NCBI GenBank assembly: GCA_036867785.1
Contig: CP145425.1
Coordinates: 558,001 to 622,000 of the forward strand
From: Plasmodiophora brassicae
Lineage: Eukaryota
Direction: 5' to 3'
DNA: 64,000 nucleotides
Below the pieces are notes generated by a model, which was given only the letters and a program-made list of their open reading frames with translations, had not been told where the DNA came from and did no database searches. The position numbers and the translations under genes were made by a program. Numbering within the stretch: the stretch's first letter is position 1; every line of letters starts with the position of its first letter. Below are positions 1 to 9,545 of the stretch, piece after piece.

Positions 1-2424
1 CAGCATGCGAAGGCGATACAGGCGATTGACGACCTGAGAACAAGTCGCCTTCCGCTCACCATCGAGATATACACGAACATGCTGTCCGTCTACGCAAAGG
101 CGGATCAGCTTGACGAGGCCATGGCCGTGTTCCGAGAAATGGTTGCCCTCAACATGAACGTCGACGAGCCTGTACTTGCGATTCTGGTCACTACCTGCGG
201 TCGCCGCGCGGACAAGCAGAGGGTGAACATGCTCGCTGAGTACGCAGAACGCAATGTGCTCCTGGCGAGGAAGATCGTGTTCACATCGTTCGTTGCCGCC
301 TATGGGCAGTGTTGCGATTTGCCCTCCATTAAGCTGCTGCATCGTTTCGCGTGGACAAGCGGATCGTCGACGCGGCTGCTGCAGGATGAATTTGTCGTCA
401 ACGCGTTCATTTCAGCCTACGGGCACTGTCAGCGCCCGGAAGAGGCGCACGCCCTGTTCTGCACGGTCAAAGCGCCTCGTGTTTCCACGTACAACACCAT
501 GATCTCTGCGTACAGCAACAACGGCATGTTCTCCAGCGCCATATGCGTATTCGAAGACCTGCGCCAGGCTGGCCTCGAGTGCAACATTGAGGTCTACAAC
601 AACGTCCTATCGGTATACGCAAAGGCGAACCTCGTCCCCACAGCGCTCATATTGCTCGACGAACTATCGGCACGGGGCCTGAAGATTGGCTCACGTGTGC
701 TCGCTTGCCTTGTTGCCGGGTGTAACGCGCTGGGGCCTTTAAAGACGCTTCACCAGTACGCGGAGGAGAACGCGCTGCTCTCGAACGACAACGTATTCCC
801 GGCACTGGTCGCGTCTTATGGTCAGTGTCGGGATTTGAAGACGATCCAAACGCTTCATGAGTCAGCGATCTCCAACGGCCTCGTGCGGTACGAATTCGTG
901 GTCAGCGCGTTCATTGCCGCCTATGGGCATTGCGGGCGCCCCGTCGAGGCGCATGACGTCCTTCGCAGCACGCCTCACCAGCGTGCATCGACGTTTAACG
1001 CCCTGATTGCCGCGTACGCGAACAACGACATGCTTGACAGTGCGATTGCGACATTCGAAGAGGTCAAGGCCATGCCGGATCTGGAGGTCACCCTTGAAAT
1101 CTACAACAATGTCCTATCGTTATTCGCCAAGGCGGATCGTATACCAGACGCCATGAACATGTTCGATGAGATGGCTGGTCGAGGGATCGACGTGGGTCCT
1201 CCGGTCCTGTGCTGCTTGATCTCTGCCTGTGGCCGCAATGCACAGACCGCTTTCCTGCGCAAATTGCAGCAATACGTCACCGAGCACGCGCTCCTTCACA
1301 ACAGGGCTGTCTTCAATGCCTTCGTCACCGCGTACGGTCGCTGCTCAGAGCTGTCCAGCATCCAGGACCTGCATCGACTCGCCAGCGAGAACGCCCTGCT
1401 AGATGACATCGGCGTTGCAAACAGCCTCATATCGTCGTATGGGCATTGTGGACATATCGACGGCGCAGAACACCTGTTCCTGTCGTTGAAGGCAGCTCCC
1501 ATTCTTGTCACGTTCAACTCCATGATTACGACGTACGGGTGGCATGGCATGCTCCCGGACGCGTTATCCACATTTGAGCGACTGAAGGCGACGGGGATCA
1601 CGCCGGACGCGATCACGTTGCTGTCCCTGCTAACGGCCTGCAGCCATACAGGTTCCCTCGACGACGCGAACGCGATCGCCGCCGAATTCGAACAGGTGTG
1701 GCGCGTACCTTTCGATGCACGCCACACGAACTGCATGATCAATCTGTATGGGCGGGCGGGCAACCTGGACCAAGCAGAGCACCTTGCCCTGTCGTCCGCG
1801 CAAGCCGACCAAGTTACGTGGACGACCGTCCTCAGCGCGTGCCGCAAGCATAACGACGTCGTTCGTGCGGAGCGTGTCTTTTCCCGCATTCAGTCGTTGC
1901 CCAACGCATCGTCGCATCTCGCAGGCGCCTATGTCATCCTTTCCAGCATCTACGCGTCTGTGCGCCGTCACTCAGACGCGGAACGTCTTCGGGAGGAGAT
2001 GAGGGTCCAGGGTCTTGCGAAGAAGCCACAGGGCGAAACAGCATCGCTCATGCTCCCTGATCGAACGATTCATTTCAGCTCCGATGATACGAGAAACGGA
2101 CCGATGACCGACCCGGATCTGCTGGAAACGTATCGGCGTCTGATGCGGAGCCTGACGGCGTCTGGACATTGGTTGGAGCGGGCAGAAGACGTTGACCGGC
2201 CTGCATCGATCCACGTTGACAAGCTGGTGATCACGTACGCGCTCATGGTGCTGCCGCCTGGCGGCCCCATCCACGTGATGTCCAAGAATCATCGAATCTG
2301 TTTCGAGTGCCATGAAATCGCCAAGGCCGTATCGGTACTGTACAAGCGCGAGATCTTCATCCGGGACACGAATCGTCACCACCGGTTCTGCAATGGCCGA
2401 TGCTCTTGCAACGACTACTGGTGA
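1..2424 (+). CDS. PLS-like pentatricopeptide repeat protein with C-terminal E/DYW (cytidine deaminase-like) domain; 5' end lies outside the window
   Basis: Frame is open from base 1 and intronless. Many PPR motifs (TYNTMISAY, TFNALIAAY, VTFNSMITTYG), E-type region (TWTTVLSACRKH, AYVILSSIYA), and a DYW domain (HVDKL...PGGPIHVMSKNHRICFECH...REIFIRD...HHRFCNGRCSCNDYW*). Confidence 0.95.
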   Translation, partial: QHAKAIQAIDDLRTSRLPLTIEIYTNMLSVYAKADQLDEAMAVFREMVALNMNVDEPVLAILVTTCGRRADKQRVNMLAEYAERNVLLARKIVFTSFVAAYGQCCDLPSIKLLHRFAWTSGSSTRLLQDEFVVNAFISAYGHCQRPEEAHALFCTVKAPRVSTYNTMISAYSNNGMFSSAICVFEDLRQAGLECNIEVYNNVLSVYAKANLVPTALILLDELSARGLKIGSRVLACLVAGCNALGPLKTLHQYAEENALLSNDNVFPALVASYGQCRDLKTIQTLHESAISNGLVRYEFVVSAFIAAYGHCGRPVEAHDVLRSTPHQRASTFNALIAAYANNDMLDSAIATFEEVKAMPDLEVTLEIYNNVLSLFAKADRIPDAMNMFDEMAGRGIDVGPPVLCCLISACGRNAQTAFLRKLQQYVTEHALLHNRAVFNAFVTAYGRCSELSSIQDLHRLASENALLDDIGVANSLISSYGHCGHIDGAEHLFLSLKAAPILVTFNSMITTYGWHGMLPDALSTFERLKATGITPDAITLLSLLTACSHTGSLDDANAIAAEFEQVWRVPFDARHTNCMINLYGRAGNLDQAEHLALSSAQADQVTWTTVLSACRKHNDVVRAERVFSRIQSLPNASSHLAGAYVILSSIYASVRRHSDAERLREEMRVQGLAKKPQGETASLMLPDRTIHFSSDDTRNGPMTDPDLLETYRRLMRSLTASGHWLERAEDVDRPASIHVDKLVITYALMVLPPGGPIHVMSKNHRICFECHEIAKAVSVLYKREIFIRDTNRHHRFCNGRCSCNDYW

Positions 2425-2802
2425 CAGCGGCAGGCGCTCGGCGATTGAAGCGGTTAGTATGACGGCGTTCTAATTCGGCCTGATGAGCGGAAACGCTGTT
2501 TAGCGAAGTTGCCATTAGGTTGTTTTATGTTAATACTTACAGCATGTGCCATGCGGTACAATAAGTATTGTCTGCGGATCGTGCAGCATAATACATTCGT
2601 CAGCGACAGTCGTCGGACTGCAACTCATATTCCTGTTCCATTGGGATATACCCGCACAACCAAAGCGTTCCTGGAAAAGGCCGGTTGCAGCAGATCAGTT
2701 ATCGAAACGCTGTAGTTCTTTCATTTCGTCTATTGTAGTTTATAGCAGGCTGCAACAGAAACCGTCAGCGCGCAAATGTGATAGATGCTCATCGACCTAC
2801 AT

Positions 2803-3231
2803 TCACGAGTCGGCGCCCTGTGCGGTCTGCTTCGGGACTGGCTTGTGAAGGCCTTTGCCGGTGTGATATACGAACCGCGGATGTTTGCATTCAGGGGTTG
2901 GGGCCGGCCGTAATGTCCAGACCTTGTGCTGGCGCTTCAGAACATCAATGAACAGCTTCAGCTTCTTCCCGCTGGCAATCTTCATCAGTGGCGTCCCGGG
3001 GTCCTCCTCGTTGGCCTTGTTCACGATCGATCGCAGGTCGCCGAACGTGATAGGCGCACTGGCAGCCACGACCTTGTACAGCGCATGACTCGTCGACTCC
3101 GGCCGGTTCGCATACCGCGCCGCACGCCGCTCCTTGGCCGTTCCCAACTTCGGCACCGACACCGACTCGGCGTCGACCGTCGCCGCATCCGTGAAGATGG
3201 ACCGCGCCCATCGCGCGCAACGCCTCAACAT
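2803..3231 (-). CDS. Small basic protein with mitochondrial-type presequence; winged-helix-like, resembling mitoribosomal mL80; paralogue of 4920-5264
   Basis: 142-aa ORF starting MLRRCARWARS; core ALYKVVAASAPITFGDLRSIV...PLMKIASGKKLKLFIDVLKRQHKV...FVY aligns by eye with the 4920 ORF. The mL80 resemblance is from memory of the family pattern. Confidence 0.6.
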   Translation of the reverse strand: MLRRCARWARSIFTDAATVDAESVSVPKLGTAKERRAARYANRPESTSHALYKVVAASAPITFGDLRSIVNKANEEDPGTPLMKIASGKKLKLFIDVLKRQHKVWTLRPAPTPECKHPRFVYHTGKGLHKPVPKQTAQGADS

Positions 3232-3658
3232 GACTCCCCGCGATCCACTTCCAAAATGGTCACCCGCGCGCGCTCACCCCGTCGACTGCGTCCTCGACTC
3301 GGCGTCACTGCAGAACTGCATTGCAGTGTGCAGCACGCCGGGTACCCGGCATGTAACGGTGCATTTCAGTGCGACTACGTGTTTTGTGGGAGAGCTGAAG
3401 ATACGGAGCTGCTTGATATCAATGCTGCGTTCTGGATTGTGCGCCTGCGTACGCCGCCAGCCGAGACTGGTATTCCCGGCCGATGCTGGATGAATGATAT
3501 TTATCTGTTCGTATGCCGGGTGGCGCCCAGTCAGCGACTGTTCTCGAGAGAGGGGCCACCCAGTCTCGTTTGTTCTAGGCGGATGCGACCAACGGTATTT
3601 GAGCGGCAGGCGTCCCCGGTGGTTTAGCCATAGTAGCTTTCAGCTGGAGAACGACAAC

Positions 3659-4630
3659 ATGAGCAACTGCGTTTACGCTATCCTGCTGTTGGTAGCCTGC
3701 ACCGCCAGCGCTCTGGGCCAGTATGTGGATATGCGCGTCCCGGCATCGTGGGCTGTCTGCCATCCCGTTGCACCTGGCGAGACCTGCGAATCGGCATGCA
3801 CAGCATCGCCCAGCTGCAACGGGTTCTACGTCGACCCGACCGACTCGTGCAGTTGCCGGTTTATCGGTGCGCCGGTCTGCCTGCTACCTGGCATCGAGGT
3901 GACCCCTGGAACGGAAACCATCTCTGCGCGTATTCGCGCGTCTGCAAACATCGCGTTACCCGAACGTGTCGAATACGACGCGTTTGTACTGAAGATGTCG
4001 GCACCGGCACCGTCCTCGGTCTTCGTCGACCTGGAGGGCACCGTGACATGCGCCGACGTCTGCGCGTCAGGCAAGGTACTGCCTGACTGCGTCCTGTCAC
4101 AGGAGATATCGTACGAGGCGGAGGGGACCGCGACTTCCGCGTGCTGGTTGTTCCCGGCGTCGGCCTGGGACCAGCTGCACAGTTTGAAGCAAATCGACGG
4201 CACTGCAAGCGGTGACGTTCGACGGACAGCGATAACAACGATCGCCACCGACAGGTGGACGCCGCCTCGACTCGACCGCTGCGCTGCGCATCTCGCGAGT
4301 TCCAAGATCGAACCTCATGCGCTCGGGGAGTCAGATCGGCCCCCGATGAAGACGGCGGAGATCAAGGTAGCGGATAGCGTACCGCCCGTCGACGACGAGG
4401 ACACGTCCCACAGTAGAACGTTTCAACCACTCGGCAACATGACCACCGTCGAACAAGTCGTCCTCCTATCCGGGTGCATCGTGTTCCTGCTGTTCCTGTC
4501 CGGCGCCATCGCGGCCGCCTGCATTGCCAAGCGTCGTCGTCGGCATGGTGCACGTGACCCTTGCCGCTGCCACCAATGCCATCCGCCCGCAATCCATCAT
4601 CCGAAGAACGTCACCCATGAAATCCCGTAA
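3659..4630 (+). CDS. Cys-rich type I membrane protein (signal peptide, PAN/apple-like ectodomain, single TM)
   Basis: Signal-like MSNCVYAILLLVACTASALG; motifs CESACTASPSCNGF and CADVC...DC...CWLF; TM VVLLSGCIVFLLFLSGAIAAACIA followed by KRRRR stop-transfer. Confidence 0.75.
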   Translation: MSNCVYAILLLVACTASALGQYVDMRVPASWAVCHPVAPGETCESACTASPSCNGFYVDPTDSCSCRFIGAPVCLLPGIEVTPGTETISARIRASANIALPERVEYDAFVLKMSAPAPSSVFVDLEGTVTCADVCASGKVLPDCVLSQEISYEAEGTATSACWLFPASAWDQLHSLKQIDGTASGDVRRTAITTIATDRWTPPRLDRCAAHLASSKIEPHALGESDRPPMKTAEIKVADSVPPVDDEDTSHSRTFQPLGNMTTVEQVVLLSGCIVFLLFLSGAIAAACIAKRRRRHGARDPCRCHQCHPPAIHHPKNVTHEIP

Positions 4631-4728
4631 TCCCGCTCGATGGGCCAGTATAATACGTAATCATAAAGTCACGAGCGCAGCGCTCGTTCCGCAGCCTGCT
4701 CAGGGGTTCGCAGTTATCGTTCCGCCGC

Positions 4729-4890
4729 CAGCAGTTTGCAGCTCTCGTCCCGCAGTCGGCCCAGCGGTGTGCAGTTCTCGTACCGCAGTCAGCCCAGCGG
4801 TTTGCAGTTCTCGTTCTGCAGTCGGCCCAGCGGTGTGCAGTTCTCGAACTGCAGTCAGCCCAGCGGTTTGCAGTTCTCGTTCCGCAGTCG
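4729..4890. repeat. 33-bp minisatellite, about 5 copies, directly upstream of the 4920 gene
   Basis: Unit approximately GCAGTCGGCCCAGCGGTGTGCAGTTCTCGTACC with alternating variants; degenerate partial units extend back to about 4676. Confidence 0.9.
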
Positions 4891-4919
4891 ACTCGGTGAG
4901 TTGTAAATCCGTGGCGATC

Positions 4920-5264
4920 ATGTTCCGCGTTGTGAGGCGGGCGCTGGCGACTGAGGCGACGGGCGGGCGAGTGGAGATGGTGTGCCGGGCGCTGTACGAC
5001 GTGATCGCGAAGCGCGGCCCGCTCCCGTACAGGCGCCTGTGGGAGATCGTGGCGTACGAGAAGGTGGCGGACCCGACCGGGCCGCTGGCGCGCATCGCAT
5101 CGGGACGCATGCTCAAGTACCTACTGGAAGAACTGAAGAGGAGCAACCAGGTCACGGTAGTGAAGTCGGAACCGGCAAACGATGCCGCAGGGTTCGTGTA
5201 CCGCACGGTGAGTTCCATCCAACACCCTTCCGAAAGCGGACATCCGCACCATAAACTCCCATAA
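4920..5264 (+). CDS. Small basic protein with mitochondrial-type presequence, mL80-like; paralogue of 2803-3231
   Basis: MFRVVRRALAT presequence; RALYDVIAKRGPLPYRRLWEIV...PLARIASGRMLKYLLEELKRSNQV...FVY. Confidence 0.65.
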   Translation: MFRVVRRALATEATGGRVEMVCRALYDVIAKRGPLPYRRLWEIVAYEKVADPTGPLARIASGRMLKYLLEELKRSNQVTVVKSEPANDAAGFVYRTVSSIQHPSESGHPHHKLP

Positions 5265-5414
5265 CATAATACCCGGCAGGTTCGTGTGCGGCCAGGAGCG
5301 TGGCAGCAACGCTGGTTGTTGCCTTCCGTCCCAATTGCTACCGACGCAAAACGGTCGCACAGGTGACAGGCCACGGTCGTTTTGGTTCGGGCCCTGTCAC
5401 TTGTCATTGTCGAC

Positions 5415-7130
5415 ATGATCACCGAGCTGGTGCTTGGGGCGGCGCTCCGTGCCGCGCTCATGGCGGCCGGGTCGGCTGAGATGCTGTCGAACGCCGTCGA
5501 GCTGGTCGGTCCGACAACCAGCTACAGGAGAGGTATGGCGGGGCGACTGTGGGACACGGTCACGGCAGGCTGAGGCAGCGCGTTACCAGTGCAGGAGGCG
5601 CTGTATCTGAATGCGCGTCACCTATCGATATACGATGGCGACGTGTTCCATCAGCCGCCGCTGGTGTTCGAATTATTCTCGGCGCTTGAATCCATCGGGC
5701 TTCGCGCCCTCGTGCCCGGCGTCTTCATCGCTATCGACGTGATAATTGCCGTTCTGTTCCACGAGATCGCAAGAATGAACAACACGTTCAATTTCCCGCT
5801 AACCATCAAGTAAGTAGTGGTACGACTCCACATTACAGGACGTTGACCTGGGGGCTCACCGAAGGGTGCCGAATCGTGCGGAGAACATGAACTCTTCCAG
5901 CGGCATGGAGTACGTGGTGTTGCTTGTGTATGAATGGCATGTTCGTCTGGCTCGTGCATGCTGCGTGCTGACATACCTGTCGTCTAGATATTTATTCAAC
6001 CCACTGACCGTCCTGTCGTGCGCCGCGATGTCAACGTCGTTGCTGACGCACCTGTTTGCTGTCATGAGCATTTACCTGGCGTTCAGAGGTTCGCTGGACA
6101 GTTCGTTCCACCTCGCGCGTTATGCGATGCTCATGCCAGCGGCAGGAAGACCGACCCTGCTGGGGTTCTGCATAGCGGCTGCCACGTACTTGGAGCTTCA
6201 CAGTGCTTTCCTGATCATCCCCGGTGTACTGCTCTTGCACTTCGGCAGCGTAGTACAGCCTATGCCAACAACGGCAATATCTACTGATCATGATGCTGAT
6301 CGGATTCCAGACCTGCCACGGTTTGCGGTGAACCCGCGAATTCTGACATGTATAATCAGTGCCCTTCTCTGGTACCCCGTGTTGGTCGTACTCTCAACCG
6401 CTGTATATGGGTACGTTCTTCACCAGGTATTTCGCAGCTGATGCTGACTGCTCTAGAAGATCTTGGGAATGGATTTCTCATAGCTACAAGTACGTCTTCG
6501 CCGTCATGGATTTATCGCCAAACATTGGCGTTTTCTGGTACTTCGAGACGGAGATCTTCAATCGATTCCGAACGTTCTTCCTGGTGTGCTTCCACGCCCA
6601 CGTATGCGTGCCCGTTGACGTACGTCTTCCGGTGCTAACGTGTCATGTTCAGGTCCTTGTGTACCTTATTCCGCTGACTGTCCGGTTCTGGCACAATCCA
6701 CTATTCCTCGGTTTCGTGTGCGCCCAGCTTGCGAACCTGTTCCAGTCGTACCCGGTTTTAGGCGACTATGGCATATCGTATCCACTGTTGCTTACGCAAT
6801 GGGCCATTCTGAAGAGTGGGTCATAACGCAAACGTGGTCTTCGCTGTTTCTTATTCGGCTGTGCCAGAGATGCGTCCTATCATCCCGGTATACGTTGGAT
6901 TGTTGATCTCCTGTACGCTGGGACATATGACCTGGTTCCTGTGGATTCACGCTGGGTCTGGAAACGCGAACTTCTACTACAACCAGACTCTCGTCTGGGG
7001 CTTCTGCAATGGCTTCCTCGTGATAGAGGCAGTCTCTGCCGTCAGGACACTCTATACCCTTGCCGATCCTTCACCGCCTCCAACAGAGCATGATGGTGCT
7101 GACCAGTCCAAGGCCCCTGTCGCCCGATAA
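5415..7130 (+). CDS. PIGU: GPI transamidase subunit PIG-U/GAB1 (multi-exon)
   Basis: Exon motifs ELVGPTTSYRR, YDGDVFHQPPL, YLFNPLT, DLSPNIGVFWYFETEIF, LWIHAGSGNANFYY. Confidence 0.93.
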
Positions 7131-7261
7131 ACATCATTGCAGACATACGTATCCTGTATGACGCCCATTGAGCGTTAATATCGTTAGACGACGCCATCTG
7201 CAGCATGAATCTGCCGGAGCGGATATCGCCAGTGGCATTGGCACGCGCCATCAGCACAACA

Positions 7262-7566
7262 ATGAGTGACCCAGCGAAACCCATCACGATTGACGAGGTG
7301 AAAAACCACAAAGGCGACAACTGGATCGCCATCGGCGGCTCTGTCTACGATGTGAAGGCCTTCAAGAACAGCCACCCGGGAGGGAAATCCATTCTCGAGA
7401 AGCATTCGGTCGCAGTGGACTGGGTCGCTGCCCGTTCTTGCATCTGATGCTGTCGCCATTGTAGGGCACCGATGCCACTGCTGCATTCGACAAAGTCGGG
7501 CACCCCCAGGAAGCGAAAATCGCCATGGCCAAATTCAAGATCGGCGTACTCGCGAAGGCCGCCTGA
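7262..7566 (+). CDS. Soluble cytochrome b5-like protein (intron 7409-7464)
   Basis: WIAIGGSVYDV...HPGG...|GTDATAAFDKVGH; both heme-ligand His present; no C-terminal membrane anchor. Confidence 0.92.
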
Positions 7567-7651
7567 TGATCTACTCCTCCAAATACATTCGAATCATCCC
7601 GAGGCGCCTCCCAGTCGTCAGCTTCGTGTTGAGCATTTATTCTTGGAAGGA

Positions 7652-7968
7652 TCATGAGCCGTCAGCAGTAGATGACGTGACTGGCGGCTGCGATGGTGTC
7701 TCTGCAACCTCCACAGAAGGCGTCGCAGACAGCGACGGGAAAGGTTTCGCCAGGTTAACGAGCAACCGCTATATATTCGTAGCAGTCAGCACGACAGCCC
7801 GCGATGGGCAGCATTCGCCGTTACCGTGTACGCGTCCCGTTCGAGCTCAAGCATCCTTCGCAGGCACTGCAACTCCTTACGATCGCGCGCCCACCCGTCC
7901 AGCAGCATCTCCCGTTCGGTCAGCCACGCCTGCTGCACCTTCTCCAGCTGGTGCACCGTGAGCCCCAT
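7652..7968 (-). CDS. Small hypothetical coiled-coil protein (one intron)
   Basis: MGLTVHQLEKVQQAWLTERE...ERDAYT spliced in phase 0 (GTAACG...TAG) to RLLVNLAKPF...DGS*. Confidence 0.45.
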
Positions 7969-8077
7969 CCACCCCCGATCCCGTCTGGACGCAGCCCCGT
8001 CCCTTATCAGCACCCTTTGCCCATGGGTTGCAGTCGCGCAGTGTAACGCTTTGCACTGGCCACTCGGGCCGGGACGT

Positions 8078-8139
8078 TGCAGTCGCAGGCGGGCAGCACA
8101 TTGCAGTCGCAGGCCGGGCTGTACATTGCAGTCGCAGGC
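8078..8139. repeat. Three spaced copies of TTGCAGTCGCAGGC in a divergent intergenic region
   Basis: Exact 14-mer at 8078, 8101 and 8126. Confidence 0.85.
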
Positions 8140-8227
8140 GACTGTCACAAGTGACGCCGGTGACGCGTCCTGCGCGTAGTATTTTTGGATCAGAGCGCTA
8201 TCGGGTTGGTGGTGTGGGTGTCCGTCG

Positions 8228-9287
8228 ATGAGGACGTGGGAACGATGGCTGCTGCGGATGGCGAGGCAGGGCAGCATCCCGGAGCACGTCGCGTTCATCA
8301 TGGACGGCAACCGGCGGTACGCGCGGCGTCACGCGCAGGCACCGACCGCCGGACACGAGCAAGGGACGTGCACGCTCGAGTCGGTCCTGGAGTGGTGCTA
8401 CGAGGTCGGCGTCCGCGTCGTGTCCGCGTTCGCGTTCAGCATTGACAACTTCAGCCGGCCCGCGTCTGAAGTTGCCGGTTTATTTGACCTGTGCGAGCAA
8501 AAGTTCCGCCAACTGTTTCAAGGGTTCCTCGTGCTGCTCTCAAACTGTTGGCCCTGTCTGATGCTGCATGTGCGTCCAGGGACGCATTAGACAAGTACGA
8601 TGTGTGCGTTCGCGTGCTCGGCGACATATCCAAGTTCCCGCCGTCACTGCAGGTCTTGATGGCTCGTGCCGTCGTCCTGTCAAGAGGAAATCGCGGCCCG
8701 ATTCTGAACCTGTGTTTCGGGTATTCGTCGGAAGCGGAAATGGCCGCTGTCGGAGGCATCATCCACAAGGGCATATCTGCCAACAAGCTCGAACCCAGGT
8801 AAGCATGATCGGATGACCCATCCGTCCCCTGTTGATTTCGTTTGAGCTACAGTGATGTCGACGAGGAGCTGTTCAGACGATGCACGTTGTTTGAGGATTG
8901 CTCGCCGCCCGGTCTGCTTCTTCGTACGTCGGGGGAAACGAGGTAGGCATGCCTGTCCAACTCCTGCATTCGTTCTCGTGCTCATCGGCGGTGATCAGGC
9001 TGAGTGATTTCATGCTATGGCAAGTCCGGTCGTCCTGCCTGTCGTTCTTCCCGATCATGTGGCCGGAACTCTCCATCTGGTGGTTCCTGCGCGTCCTGTT
9101 CGAGTACCAGATCGCCCTGACGCGGATGCCGCCGCGCTCATCTGCGACCCGCGCCGCACCTGCGACCGGCGATGCAGAAGGTCGAGCCCGGATCGACGCG
9201 TTTGTCGACGAGGTCCGCCTCCAAAGACATGCCACGATGTCCAGGATCCTGTCGAATGATACATGCAATGCGCCAGCGTCGGCGTAA
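8228..9287 (+). CDS. DHDDS: cis-prenyltransferase / dehydrodolichyl diphosphate synthase (multi-exon)
   Basis: [45 protein letters not shown]. Confidence 0.95.
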
Positions 9288-9545
9288 TCGTCTACCCCTG
9301 TCGGGCGTTATGCAGCCTTGCGGGCTGCCCGAATTTGAGCTTACTACTGCATGCAGCTGAGCAGCACAGGTCGACGCCGCGTCAGTGCTTCCGACCGTCG
9401 CCAGACTTCTGGAACAACCGGTCCCAGGGTGTCGGGCACCCTGGCCCGTGGACCACAACGAGACAGCGGGCCGACCGTTCAGCGTGGTACTGTCGTCGCA
9501 AAGGCACCAACCGGTCAGCGCTCTTCGACGACCCTCGATAGCGGG

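Noticed and set aside
2480-2512. Hammerhead-like CTGATGA-GCG-GAAA-CGC downstream of the DYW gene
   Set aside because: No GAAA follows stem II, and no convincing stems I/III with a UH cleavage site can be formed.
2509-2848. Short + strand ORFs between PPR-DYW and the mL80-like gene
   Set aside because: AT-richer convergent 3'-UTR region, non-ATG starts, no motifs.
4729-4890. CRISPR-like appearance of regular repeats
   Set aside because: Contiguous tandem units without unique spacers, eukaryotic context, no cas genes.
4524-4919. N-terminal extension with AVCSSR repeats on the 4920 gene
   Set aside because: It is a translation of the minisatellite and overlaps the upstream gene; ATG 4920 gives a presequence matching the paralogue.
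5415-9287. PIG-U, cytochrome b5 and cis-prenyltransferase as a functional ER glycolipid cluster
   Set aside because: Adjacent housekeeping genes in a compact genome; no evidence beyond proximity.
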